This document shows positions 9,695-19,700 of a stretch of DNA of 64,000 nt, piece by piece; the first letter of the stretch is position 1; each line of letters starts with the position of its first letter. The translations under genes were made by a program, and so were the position numbers. The DNA is from a virus: positions 3,541 through 67,540 of IMG/VR virus record IMGVR_UViG_3300044833_000092; one strand, written 5' to 3'. A model generated the notes under the pieces. The model had not been told where the DNA came from. It was given only the letters and a program-made list of their open reading frames with translations, and searched no databases.

Positions 9695-11986
9695 GTGGTT
9701 CTCATTGCCGATGGGTGGGGTCCAGTGTTGCGCTGGAACGGCTTCACCAATCAGGCGAGCCCGGCCGGCGTGCCGGCTCCGTCCAAGCTGCCGACCATGA
9801 CATTCTCCGGCACCGGCCCTATCGTCGGCGCGTACCGCTGCTTTCTGCGCTACATCGACGCCAACGATTACCCCGGCAACCTGACGCCCATCGCCCCGGC
9901 TGACGTGATTGCCCTGTCCCGCTCCGGTGTAGTCGCCAAGGCTGTGGCTGGCACGCCGATTGTATTGACCATCACGGCTCACGGATTCAATAATTCGACC
10001 ACCATCAAGACGACGGGCATCGCCGGCATCGTGGAGGCCAACGGCGTTTTCAAGGTGACGGTCATCGATGCCAACAATATCTCTCTCAACGGTTCGACCG
10101 CCGACGGGCTCAGCGAGTTCTACGGCGGCGGCGGGACTTGGATCGCCGGCACCGGCTTGGTGACGTACGGCAATCTGGAGGCTCCAGCGGACCCGCGAGT
10201 GGTGCGCCGTCAGATACTCCGCAACACCGATGGCCAGGAAGCGGTGTTCTACGTCGATATCGACACCACCGACCTGTCCAGCGCTACTCTTACCAGTACC
10301 CAGGACGACAACGCGCTCCAGACGGGCATCGCCGTGCCTTTTCTCGACTCCACTGGCAAGGACGTTTCCAATGTCAATGGCGAGCCGCCTAACAACAAGC
10401 CCTTGATCGTCTATCATCGAGGATTGGTTTTTATGGCTGGCGACGTGCGTTACACCGAGGGCGCTGTTGCCTTGACGTTCGGCTCCAATCAGGTGCATGG
10501 TATTGCAACGGAGTGGCGAGCGGCCGCGGCTGGCCGCTTCATCTACGTCGTCGGTGCGAACAAGGCGTACACGATTGCAGCCGTGGACGAGTTGAATCAG
10601 ATCGTCACCCTGACAGAGCCGTACCTTGCACCGTCGCAGCCGTACGCTTTCTATGCCATTTGTTCGGCCGAGCCGGATCAGCGCACCGTCTACTATTCCG
10701 ACGCCAGCCACGCCGAGGGCTTCTCGCCGCTTGTCGGCTTTACCATCGCCTCCGACGGCGACGACTTCACCGGCGAGTTGTCCTACGATTCGTTCCTCTA
10801 CATTCTGGAACGCTCGCATATCTACAAACAGACGTATCAAACCGATCCCAACACAGACGGTGCCGTCTACCAGAGTTCCGATCGCGGCTGCGTCAACCAG
10901 CGCTGCGCCGTTAAGGCGGGTGAGAGCGTCTACATGCTGGACGAGAAGGGCATTCACGCCTTTGGCGGCCGCAACGCCGGCGATCGCAGCGATCCGGTGC
11001 AGACGCTCTTTCGCCCAGACGTGCCGGGGCCGAAGATCAACTTCGCGGCGGGCCGTTTCTTTCACGGTGTCTTGGATCAGACGACCGAAGTTATACGCTG
11101 GTTCGTTTCGCTCTCGGGAACCTATCTCCCCCGCCACGCCATTTGCTATCAATACGATCTTGACCGCTGGTGGATCGAGGAGTATCCGTGGCCGATATCC
11201 TGCTCATTCGTCGGCCGCCTCTACCGCCGGGCTCCGCTGGAGACGTGGGGAGCCGGGCGCTTGCAGGTATTCCTGGGCTCGACCGGCCGCCGCGTGTTCG
11301 CCGTTGGAGCTTCGCCGCTCGACGGAGTGCCACCACTCAAGGAGTACGCCTGCCCCATCACGACCGCCGGGTTTAACTGGTTGGAAACGCCGTCAGCGCT
11401 GCCGCCGTGCGTCAATGCTCCAGTGGTGATTGTCGGCGGCCGTGGCAAAGGACAGCGGCGCATTGTGGTCTCTATGTCGGGAACGAGACTGCGCCTGCGC
11501 GATCCGTGGCTGGTGCAGCCCGACGTGACCAGCACCATTCAGGTTGGCGGTATCGAGTGGAGCTGGAAGTCTGGCTGGATGGAATGGGCTGACGAAGAGA
11601 CGACCAATCCGCGAGCGGTGGAAGTATCTTTCGGGCCTACGACGGTGCCCAGCGACGTGACCTTGAACCGCTTCCGTGACCGTAGCGATCAGGCTGACGT
11701 GATTGCTCTTGACCGTGCCGAGGACGGCGTGTTGGCTCGGGCCGGCGAGAGTGACGTATTGCTCTCGTTGGAACAGTTGCCGGGTGGCTTCGGACAGGCC
11801 CTGATGTTTTCGGGAAAGCAGTCGTACACTCGTGGGCCACAGGTTATCAGTGTGGGACTCAATGGTGTTGGCACCATCGATCCGGTGAAGCTCTATCAAA
11901 TCGACGTTGACGGCGTTGTCGATCCGACTGGAATCATTCCCGATCGTCAGCTGCGCCGCCAGGGCGAAGGCGGGGGAGGGGGATAG
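9695..11986 (+). CDS. Nozzle / DNA stabilisation (tail tubular B-like) protein with inserted beta domains; start uncertain
   Basis: Beta-propeller-type motifs (YHRGLVFMAG, VYYSD, DRGCVNQRC, VYMLDEKGIHAFGG, WSWKSGW); TAHGF...EANG FCCH-like insert. Confidence 0.7.
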   Translation: MVLIADGWGPVLRWNGFTNQASPAGVPAPSKLPTMTFSGTGPIVGAYRCFLRYIDANDYPGNLTPIAPADVIALSRSGVVAKAVAGTPIVLTITAHGFNNSTTIKTTGIAGIVEANGVFKVTVIDANNISLNGSTADGLSEFYGGGGTWIAGTGLVTYGNLEAPADPRVVRRQILRNTDGQEAVFYVDIDTTDLSSATLTSTQDDNALQTGIAVPFLDSTGKDVSNVNGEPPNNKPLIVYHRGLVFMAGDVRYTEGAVALTFGSNQVHGIATEWRAAAAGRFIYVVGANKAYTIAAVDELNQIVTLTEPYLAPSQPYAFYAICSAEPDQRTVYYSDASHAEGFSPLVGFTIASDGDDFTGELSYDSFLYILERSHIYKQTYQTDPNTDGAVYQSSDRGCVNQRCAVKAGESVYMLDEKGIHAFGGRNAGDRSDPVQTLFRPDVPGPKINFAAGRFFHGVLDQTTEVIRWFVSLSGTYLPRHAICYQYDLDRWWIEEYPWPISCSFVGRLYRRAPLETWGAGRLQVFLGSTGRRVFAVGASPLDGVPPLKEYACPITTAGFNWLETPSALPPCVNAPVVIVGGRGKGQRRIVVSMSGTRLRLRDPWLVQPDVTSTIQVGGIEWSWKSGWMEWADEETTNPRAVEVSFGPTTVPSDVTLNRFRDRSDQADVIALDRAEDGVLARAGESDVLLSLEQLPGGFGQALMFSGKQSYTRGPQVISVGLNGVGTIDPVKLYQIDVDGVVDPTGIIPDRQLRRQGEGGGGG

Positions 11987-11988
11987 CT

Positions 11989-12669
11989 ATGGGCATAGAG
12001 TCTTTTTTCGGCGCTCAGGCCGATCGCTTGCTCCGCAAAGAGTGGGGTGACGACGTGGACAGTTTCGCGCAGGAACTGGTGGCCATGTTCACGTCTAAGG
12101 AACCGATCAACCTGACCGGACCTGTGACAATCGATCGTGGGAACGCCGACAATGTTCCGGCACTCACGATCAACGATGGTACTAACGGCAGCTCAGCGCC
12201 GATCGTCATTAATCGTACCGATGGCACCGGCTCGTCGCAGCCAAACGTCGATAGCGGCGGCGGCTATTCATGCTGTGGCTCCAGTTCGCAAAATGCTCCT
12301 CCCAAGATGCCGCCGGTCGATCAAGGCAAATTCCCGCCGGTTCCACCTGTGACGCCGGCTGGACCTCCGGGCGGTCTGCCTGATCCCAACATGCCCAGGC
12401 GTGAGTTTAGCGGCACTATCCTGATAAAAGTCGTGCAGGGCGAGCCGGATGTCTTCGGCTGGAATGGTCAACAGGTGCCGTTCATAGCTACGGGCTGTGT
12501 CCCGTACAAGCCGCCATCGGTGAATGGCCCAACGAGTGCTTTCGATCCTAGCCTGAATCAGCCCGAGCCCGTCACGGCGCAGCTGGCGGCGTTCATGGCA
12601 AAGTGGAGTCTCGACGGTTACGATCTCATCGCCGACACCGTAGCCGGTCCCGGTTCTCCTTGTGCTTAG
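11989..12669 (+). CDS. Hypothetical virion-module protein
   Basis: SD and tight packing after the nozzle-like gene. Confidence 0.55.
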   Translation: MGIESFFGAQADRLLRKEWGDDVDSFAQELVAMFTSKEPINLTGPVTIDRGNADNVPALTINDGTNGSSAPIVINRTDGTGSSQPNVDSGGGYSCCGSSSQNAPPKMPPVDQGKFPPVPPVTPAGPPGGLPDPNMPRREFSGTILIKVVQGEPDVFGWNGQQVPFIATGCVPYKPPSVNGPTSAFDPSLNQPEPVTAQLAAFMAKWSLDGYDLIADTVAGPGSPCA

Positions 12670-12734
12670 GGCGAGCCGGACTATAATCTCAGGGGTGGTG
12701 GAAATCCACCACCTGAAAAACCAGGGGGCGTGCC

Positions 12735-13457
12735 ATGCCTTATGCGAATGTTGGTTCAGTCGATCCGATGCCGTACGCTGGCTCGGTACAACAGATGTCT
12801 GATAACTTTATGCCGAGTCTGCAAGGTCAGGCCAATCAAATGAATGCCAGCCGCGGAGGCGGAGGCGGAGGAGGCGGCGGCGGGGGCGGCTTGCCCGGCG
12901 TCGGGGCCGGCGGTTTCGTACAGAAAACATTTGAGAACCAGTACGACAACCCTGGGCTCGACCTTCAGAAGGCCCAGCTTGCTGCGTCCAACGCCCACTG
13001 GAACGCCGCCTTCGGCGCTCTTCAGGGTCAGCTTGGCGCTGGTGGACAACGCTTCTCGCCGGCGGCCGGCCTGGGACCGCATATCACCACCGGCGGCGTT
13101 TGGAACCCGCAGCAGGTGGATCAGCAGGTGAACGCTGCTCGGGCCAAAAACGATCAGACGGCGGCCACGCAAAGTCGGGCCGCTGCCCAGGGCGCTGTTG
13201 GCCGTGGCTTCGCCGGCAACTCGCCCATGATCGCGGCGCTCCAGGGCCAGATAGGCGGAGCGAACATTGCCGCCGACGCTTCCAGTGAGGCCGGCATCCG
13301 CAGCAACGCCGCGCAAATGAACGCGAACCAGACGCTGAGTTCGCAGACCGAGGCTCAGAACCAGTTCGCTGCCCAGCAAGCTCAAGAGACGCAACGGACT
13401 GCGCCGCTCTACGCCCGCCAGAACGCCTTGATCGCCGCCCTGGCCGGCATTGCCTGA
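12735..13457 (+). CDS. Ejection / DNA pilot-type internal virion protein
   Basis: Ala/Gln/Gly-rich helical protein with GRGFAGNSPM; position typical of podovirus core proteins. Confidence 0.55.
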   Translation: MPYANVGSVDPMPYAGSVQQMSDNFMPSLQGQANQMNASRGGGGGGGGGGGGLPGVGAGGFVQKTFENQYDNPGLDLQKAQLAASNAHWNAAFGALQGQLGAGGQRFSPAAGLGPHITTGGVWNPQQVDQQVNAARAKNDQTAATQSRAAAQGAVGRGFAGNSPMIAALQGQIGGANIAADASSEAGIRSNAAQMNANQTLSSQTEAQNQFAAQQAQETQRTAPLYARQNALIAALAGIA

Positions 13458-13487
13458 ACTATTGGTGCGCCGCAATAGGAGTCTATC

Positions 13488-14813
13488 ATGCCGGTTCCGA
13501 TTCAGACACTAAACCCCGACCAGCAACCACTCTGGCCGCAGGCGCAAAACTCTCCAGTCGGCCCGGATCAACAGCCGCTTCGCGGTCCACGCGATCCGCG
13601 CGAGGCGGTTATGAGTTACGGCCGGAGCGCCGAGGACTTAGGGGCTCCCGGCGCTCCGCTTGCGCCGCCCGCAGCGCCGCCGGCGGCACCGGCCCCGGCG
13701 GCGGCAGCGTCTCTGGCCGCAGCCGGCGGCCCCATGACGATCTACAACGGCACCAACCGGACCGACGTGAACTTTCAACCGGCCGCCGGCGGCGGCGTGC
13801 AGGCGCAATCGATGACTGATCCCAACACCGGGGCGGTGTTTCAGCGCAGTCCCGCCGGCGGCTGGACGGTGCCGGGAGCCGGCGGCCCTGGCATGAGTTT
13901 CAACGATGCCCAGGCAGGAATCCAGGGTCAACAAGCCCAGCAGACGCTCAACCTGAACCGCGGCTTCCTGCCGAGTAACATGCAAGCCGGCATGGATCAG
14001 ATTCTCCAGGGGATGCCGCCCGACATACGCAACACGCCTGGGGCCAGGGGCATGGCGATGGAGCAGATGAACAAGCAGGTTGGCCAGAATCAGGATTGGG
14101 CCAAGATCGGCCTAGGCCAAGGGGAATTGGATATCAAAAACCGCGGCCTCACCGAGGCTACCGATCCGATGAAGGTGCTGCGCCAACAGGCCGCGATCGC
14201 CATTGGCCACGCTCCCGACAAAGCCAATGAAATTCTCCAAGGCATGAACACCGCGATGGAGTCCAAGATGGGCCAGCGCGTCTTGGGAGGGGGAGTGGGA
14301 CCAATGCCCGGTGTTGGCCCGGCCGCCCCTGGCGTTGGCGGGCTCGCTCAGCCGGGCGTCAGTCAAGCCCCTGGGCAGTTGCCGCCGACGACGCTGGCTG
14401 GTGCCAATCCGGGTGCAACGCCGCGCAACAAGTTTGACTTGCAGAACGAGCAGGACGCGGCGTTCGGTCCGGAGTTGTCCGCGTCCGTGAGGGAGAATCC
14501 CACGATCGCCAATGGTACAGCGACGTTTCCAACATCAACGGCGGCGCTGTTGCAACAGGCGTATGTCTACGATCAGCAGCATCCAGGCTTCATGCAGCAG
14601 CACGGCAAGGCTTTGTTGGCCGCCATACGACAGCGGCGCGGCATCAACTCTCCCGAAGAAACTGCGGGCGCTATGGGCAAGACTTATGGCGTTCTCGGCT
14701 ATCCGTTGCTTGGAGATACGACTCCAGAAGACAAGGCTGGCGGCGCTTGGCGAGACGCCCTGGGCATGAAGAACGGCTTGCTCGGCAGTCGTGGTTCAGG
14801 TTTCCTCAAGTAG
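13488..14813 (+). CDS. Ejection-type internal virion protein
   Basis: AGGAG SD fused to motif B; low-complexity Gly/Gln/Ala/Pro. Confidence 0.55.
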   Translation: MPVPIQTLNPDQQPLWPQAQNSPVGPDQQPLRGPRDPREAVMSYGRSAEDLGAPGAPLAPPAAPPAAPAPAAAASLAAAGGPMTIYNGTNRTDVNFQPAAGGGVQAQSMTDPNTGAVFQRSPAGGWTVPGAGGPGMSFNDAQAGIQGQQAQQTLNLNRGFLPSNMQAGMDQILQGMPPDIRNTPGARGMAMEQMNKQVGQNQDWAKIGLGQGELDIKNRGLTEATDPMKVLRQQAAIAIGHAPDKANEILQGMNTAMESKMGQRVLGGGVGPMPGVGPAAPGVGGLAQPGVSQAPGQLPPTTLAGANPGATPRNKFDLQNEQDAAFGPELSASVRENPTIANGTATFPTSTAALLQQAYVYDQQHPGFMQQHGKALLAAIRQRRGINSPEETAGAMGKTYGVLGYPLLGDTTPEDKAGGAWRDALGMKNGLLGSRGSGFLK

Positions 14814-14829
14814 CAGAGCAGGTGACACG

Positions 14830-15285
14830 ATGCCTAATTCTAACATTCCTCAAGCGCCGCCTCACGCCTTGCCGCCGGGCGGCAGGTTCGTTGAGCCTCC
14901 GTCTGCCGGCGGTCGGGTCATTCAACGATCGGCCGATGGAGGTTCCGTCAATGTCACGATGCCTGACGGCACGCTGCATCAGTGGGATGCAAGCGGCCCG
15001 CGGGGCTCGGCCGGCCGATACTTGGGCTCCTCTGACGGCGGCCAGCCGCAAGCTGGCCAGACTCAGTTGCCGTCGCCGCCAGCTGAAACCCAAGATCAGC
15101 AATTGACCCGCTTGGCGGCTTATCAGTTTGGCACCGCTAACAGATACTTGGCGAACGGGCCGCGTGTGCCGGGTCCGAGCGATGCGACTCTCGATGCCAA
15201 TGCTGCTGGCTTATGGGACAAGGCGTTCGCGGCGGTTCCGCTGCAATTGAATCCGGCAGCGTTTGGCCTCGGAGGACCACAGTGA
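14830..15285 (+). CDS. Hypothetical protein
   Basis: AGGTG SD; in operon. Confidence 0.5.
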   Translation: MPNSNIPQAPPHALPPGGRFVEPPSAGGRVIQRSADGGSVNVTMPDGTLHQWDASGPRGSAGRYLGSSDGGQPQAGQTQLPSPPAETQDQQLTRLAAYQFGTANRYLANGPRVPGPSDATLDANAAGLWDKAFAAVPLQLNPAAFGLGGPQ

Positions 15286-15366
15286 TGGCAGAAGAGAGTC
15301 AGTGGCTGACGAACCCACGATCGTCCAGTTTCAGGGTGGTGGAAATCCACCACCTGACCGGGAGGC

Positions 15367-15573
15367 TTGAGCGTGAACTACTGGATTCTGTTCGCGGTCG
15401 CCCTGGCCGGCATTCTCTTTGGGGATGCGATAGGCATGTACAGCGAGCGGCGGGCATGGAAGGCCCGCGGCGCTGGCAACGACATTGGCTCGCCCCACTA
15501 CTGCGACGGAACGCTGTACTACGTCATCCGGTCACAGGTGTTCAACGATCGGTGTATTGTCAAAGTGCCATAA
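15367..15573 (+). CDS. Small membrane protein
   Basis: GGAGG SD; N-terminal TM helix WILFAVALAGILFG. Confidence 0.55.
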   Translation: MSVNYWILFAVALAGILFGDAIGMYSERRAWKARGAGNDIGSPHYCDGTLYYVIRSQVFNDRCIVKVP

Positions 15574-15588
15574 CCAAGGAGCCTCTCG

Positions 15589-16143
15589 ATGCCGCTTCCT
15601 CCGTTTCCTCCCGGTATGCCTCCCCCAGGTATGCCTCCTCCCGGTATGCCTCCTCCCGGTATGCCTCCTCCCGGTATGCCTCCTCCCGGTATGCCGCCGC
15701 CGGGCATGATGCCGCCAGGGCTGGGGCCGCCGCCCCTGGGGCCTCCCGGTATGCCACCGCCTGGAATGGGTGGCCCTCCAGGGATGGGTGGCCCGCCTCC
15801 AGGCATGGGCGGCATGGGTGGCCCACCGATGGACCCGGCGCTTATGGCGATGCTGGCGTCTATGCCGCCCGACGACGGCCCCGGTGGCGAAGCCGGCGGG
15901 ATCGGCGGCATGGACGGCTCGGGCATCGGCCCTCCCGGCTCGGGCGGCCAGCCGATGGACCCGGCGGTCCTGCAAATGATCGAGCAACTGATCGGCCCTG
16001 GCGGCCCTGGCGGCCCCGTACAGGGGCCTCGCGGTCCGGCGGGCATTCCCCCAGGCCCGGCCCCTCCAGGCCAGGGACAGCCAACCAGTGCGTGGCAACA
16101 GGCCCTTATGGGACTCGGGGCAGGGCCAGGGCTTGGCCGCTGA
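15589..16143 (+). CDS. Pro/Gly/Met-rich protein with GMPPP repeats
   Basis: AAGGAG SD; 15-bp tandem repeats about 15607-15705 with synonymous variation. Confidence 0.65.
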   Translation: MPLPPFPPGMPPPGMPPPGMPPPGMPPPGMPPPGMPPPGMMPPGLGPPPLGPPGMPPPGMGGPPGMGGPPPGMGGMGGPPMDPALMAMLASMPPDDGPGGEAGGIGGMDGSGIGPPGSGGQPMDPAVLQMIEQLIGPGGPGGPVQGPRGPAGIPPGPAPPGQGQPTSAWQQALMGLGAGPGLGR

Positions 16144-16209
16144 CCCCCATATTTGCCAGCGCCACGCGACGATCTCCCTTGGGGGTAGCCTTGGCGTCCT
16201 CCAAGGGAG

Positions 16210-16238
16210 AAGTCGCGCCATAAGCGATCCTGGCGCAA
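16210..16238 (+). repeat. 29-bp element E (AAGTCGCGCCATAAGCGATCCTGGCGCAA), copy 1
   Basis: Identical to 60590-60618; 24/29 inverted copy at 41203-41231. Confidence 0.9.
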
Positions 16239-16265
16239 CTGTGGGCATGTTAAGATGGGTAGAAT

Positions 16266-16673
16266 ATGGGAGTGGAACCGGCGATCGCCGAATCAGTGTG
16301 TGGCTTTTGCCAACAAAAGTTCATTCATCGCGTCGGTGAGCCACGGCGGTTTTGTTCGCCTGAGTGCCGCAGAGCAGAGAAGGCTTTGCAGCAATCCGTA
16401 AAACTGTCAAGTGGCAGCGCTGGCGCGGTTAATGAGCTTATCGTTTCGGCTGATCTGTTGCGTCGCGGATATCATATCTTCCGGGCGATTAGCCCAAGTT
16501 GTCCGTGCGACTTAGTGCTACTGCACGGCGGCCGATGTTGGCGAGTTGAGGTTACGACCGCCTACGAAAATATGGACGGCAGGATCGTTGTTACCAAGCA
16601 TAAGCCGGACAGATATGATATTATCGCCGGCGTACTGCCTGACGGCACGATTCATTATTCGTCGTTGCCATAA
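16266..16673 (+). CDS. Zn-finger PD-(D/E)XK endonuclease (homing-endonuclease-like)
   Basis: CGFC...FCSPEC; GAVNELIV...GY.IF...CDLV...RVEVTT; more AT-rich codons than neighbours. Confidence 0.75.
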   Translation: MGVEPAIAESVCGFCQQKFIHRVGEPRRFCSPECRRAEKALQQSVKLSSGSAGAVNELIVSADLLRRGYHIFRAISPSCPCDLVLLHGGRCWRVEVTTAYENMDGRIVVTKHKPDRYDIIAGVLPDGTIHYSSLP

Positions 16674-16723
16674 GGGTGGTGGAAATCCACCACCCTATTG
16701 CGGCGCACCAATAGGAGTTTTCT

Positions 16724-19700
16724 ATGTCGGTTGACTTCGACTCTCTCGTCGCCGATCCGTTCACTTACATCCGCAACAAACAAGCGATGGATCAACAGGC
16801 GGCCGCGGAACAGGACGCTGCCAACAAGAGCGCGATCGCGCAGCCGATGGGCCCGCAAGAGCAAGACGGTTTGCTCAAGCAGATGCTCGGGGCCGGAGCC
16901 TCGGGCCTGGGCTTCGTCGGCGGCACGCTCGGCAAGCTCTTCGGCGGCCGTGCCATCCGGGCCGGGCTCCAGGGCCTGACCGGCGGACCCATGAACTGGC
17001 GGGAACTGGCCAGCGTGATCCCCGGCTCCGACATTACCGGCCTCACCGATCCGGAACAGACCGTCACTGGCCGCAACCTGCTCGATCAGTGGGGCATGAC
17101 TTCGCCGACGACTCAGGACCAGCGCGGCACGTTCCAGTTGTCGGACCTGGCTGGCCCAGCCGTCGAAGCGGCCCTGGACCCGGCGACCTACCTGGCCTTC
17201 GGCGCTGGGGCCTCGACCAAGGCGGGACAGGCGGCCGAGCGGCTCGGGGTGCTGCCCAAGACGACGGCGGCCCGGATCGCCGGCTACACAGCGCCGGAGC
17301 AGATTGCCGCCAAGATGGGCATGACGCCGGCGGCCGCGGCTGCAAAAGCGGCCGAGGTTGGCGTCGATCTGAAGAGTCTGGTCGGCAAGCCGCTCGGCGG
17401 ACTTGTCGGCTTAAAATTGCCGTTCACGACGGCCGCGGATTCCGGGGCCATTCTCGGCACCGGCCCCTGGGCGCAGAAGGCGGCCGAAACGATCGGCACG
17501 CCATTCAAGTGGCTCGGCTCGACCAGGGCGGCCGACTACGCTCGGGCCATGTTCAACCCGGAGGCGCAGGGTCAGCCGTACGCCAGCACGCAAGCGGAAC
17601 TGATTGCCCAGGCCCCGTACACACGCACCGCCGGCGAGAACCTGCGGCGTGGGATCGGCGAGGCATACGATCCGCTCTTGGACTTCCGGGCCGCCGGTAC
17701 GCTGCCGCCGGAGTATGCTCCGATGGTGCGCGGCGCTGCTGAGGGCTTCGGCGTCCCAGGCCCGCAGCTTGAGGGTGTGAGCGATGCCATCGCCCAAGCG
17801 GCCGCCCAGGCGAGCGCCTTGAAGGATGCCGCTCGCCAGCGCTTCGAGTCCGCCGGCGGCCAGATCAGTTCTTGGGGCAGCGTGTTCCCAGACGTGCAGC
17901 ACTTCCCACGCTCGCCGACTCCGCTCGAAGTGCAGAGCCCCATCTTCCGCGGCAGCGGTCCTACGGAGAACCTGGGCAAGCAGTTCTACGCCGGCGTGCC
18001 CAACGCCATCCAGCGCAAGGATATTCTCGACTTGCCGGGCGGCACCGCTCAGGTCAACGAGTTGGTGCGGAACCCGGCGATCGGCACCAGTGCCCGCACC
18101 ATCGGGGCCGCCCCCGGCTCGCCGCTCGACAAGCTTATGAACGTGCCCGGTCACGCCGACGCCATCACCGCCAAGCTCCAGGCGGCTATGGGAGCTTTCG
18201 CCCCGGCCGACCAGTTGCAGATGCAGGCGCTCATGGCGGCCGACAAGGCGGGCTCTTTGGCCCCGGCCGACGCCGTGATCCTCGACGGGCTCCGCAAACA
18301 GTATCTGGCCAGCCGCGCTGCGATGATGGGTACGATCCGCGAGGACGTGCTTGGCATGAAGCCGGTGGACGTGACGCAATTGCTGGCGCTACGCAAGGCT
18401 CCTGGCCCACTGACGGCCGCGGACGCGGCCCGCTTGGCTGAGCTGGAAGGTATGGAGGCGAACGCCCGCATGATCGGCGGCCGCATGAGCCGCATGTATG
18501 CCGAGCGGGCCACTGGCACCCTGGGCGATCCGGCGGCCGATATCATCCCCGGCGTCAGTAGGAGCTTGCAAGACCGGGCGGCCGAAGAGTACCTGCGCTC
18601 GCAAGTGTTCCAGCTCGATCCGCAGCGGCTCGCCGAGTTGACCAACGAGGCCGGGCTCGATCCTGGCAGCGTGGCCGCCTGGGCCTCCTCGAAGCCTTCC
18701 GAGCGGGCCGCCACTCTCCAAGGACTCCAGATGCCGGGTAAGTCTGGCGTCGGTAATCTCATCAGCGAGACGGGTAGGATACTTACGCCGGCGGAGGCGC
18801 AGGAGCTTCTTTCGTCCGGCCACTTGGATCGCATCGCCCGGCCGCTGGCCAAGTACCTTGGCCAGCTCGATCCGCAGCGGCAGACGCGCGGCCTGTTCTC
18901 CAACGATCCGTTCTCCGACTTGCTCCGATACGGCGAGTCGATGGTCAAGGGCACTGAGAAAGCCGACGTGGTGACGAACGTGCTGGGCCGCAACGCTGCC
19001 TTCGGCGGGGCTGGCAACGTCAAACTCCAGCCGCTCTTGAAGGAGTTGAAGCTCAATACGCCAGTGGCGCAAGCCAGGATCATGGAGCAGATGAATGCCG
19101 CCGGCGGCTTGCCCGGCGGCGTTGCCGGCAAGCTCGGGGACATTGGCAAGGCCAGGGTGAGTCCGCAGATTGCCGAGGCCATTCAGGCGCTCAACCCGCG
19201 CACCAAGATGCCGGAGTACATCAAGCCGACGCTCGCGGCCATCGATCAGGCCACCGGGGCCACCCGCGCCGCTCTGACCTATCCCTGGCCGTCGTTCCAC
19301 GTCCGCAACCTTGTGACCGATGAAGTCAACTCTCTGATGCGCGTTGGACCCGGCGGCATCAAGTGGGGGCCGACGGCGCAGGCGCTGAGCCAGGGCAAGA
19401 ACCCCGAAGCGCTGTTGAGTCTGCCGATGATCCAGCGGCTGGGCATCACAGACCCGGCCGAAGCGGCTCGTGTCGTTGGCCGCGAGGCGTTCGCTACCCA
19501 GGCGTTCGGCCGCGGCCAGGGCCGGCTGACCACTGAGGGGATGCAGTCGGCCGAGCGTGGCATTCTGCCGGCGATCCCCGGCGCGATTCCTTCGGCATCC
19601 CTGGCCGACATTGGCAGCGGCAAGGTACTGCCCAAGGATTGGAGCTTCAACCCGGCCAGGACCGAGGGCATCCTTGGCCAGACCGAGACGAAGTTTGCTC

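Noticed and set aside
15190-15225. TTATGGGACAA match to the promoter motif
   Set aside because: Inside a coding region (GLWDK), lacks the final T; probably chance
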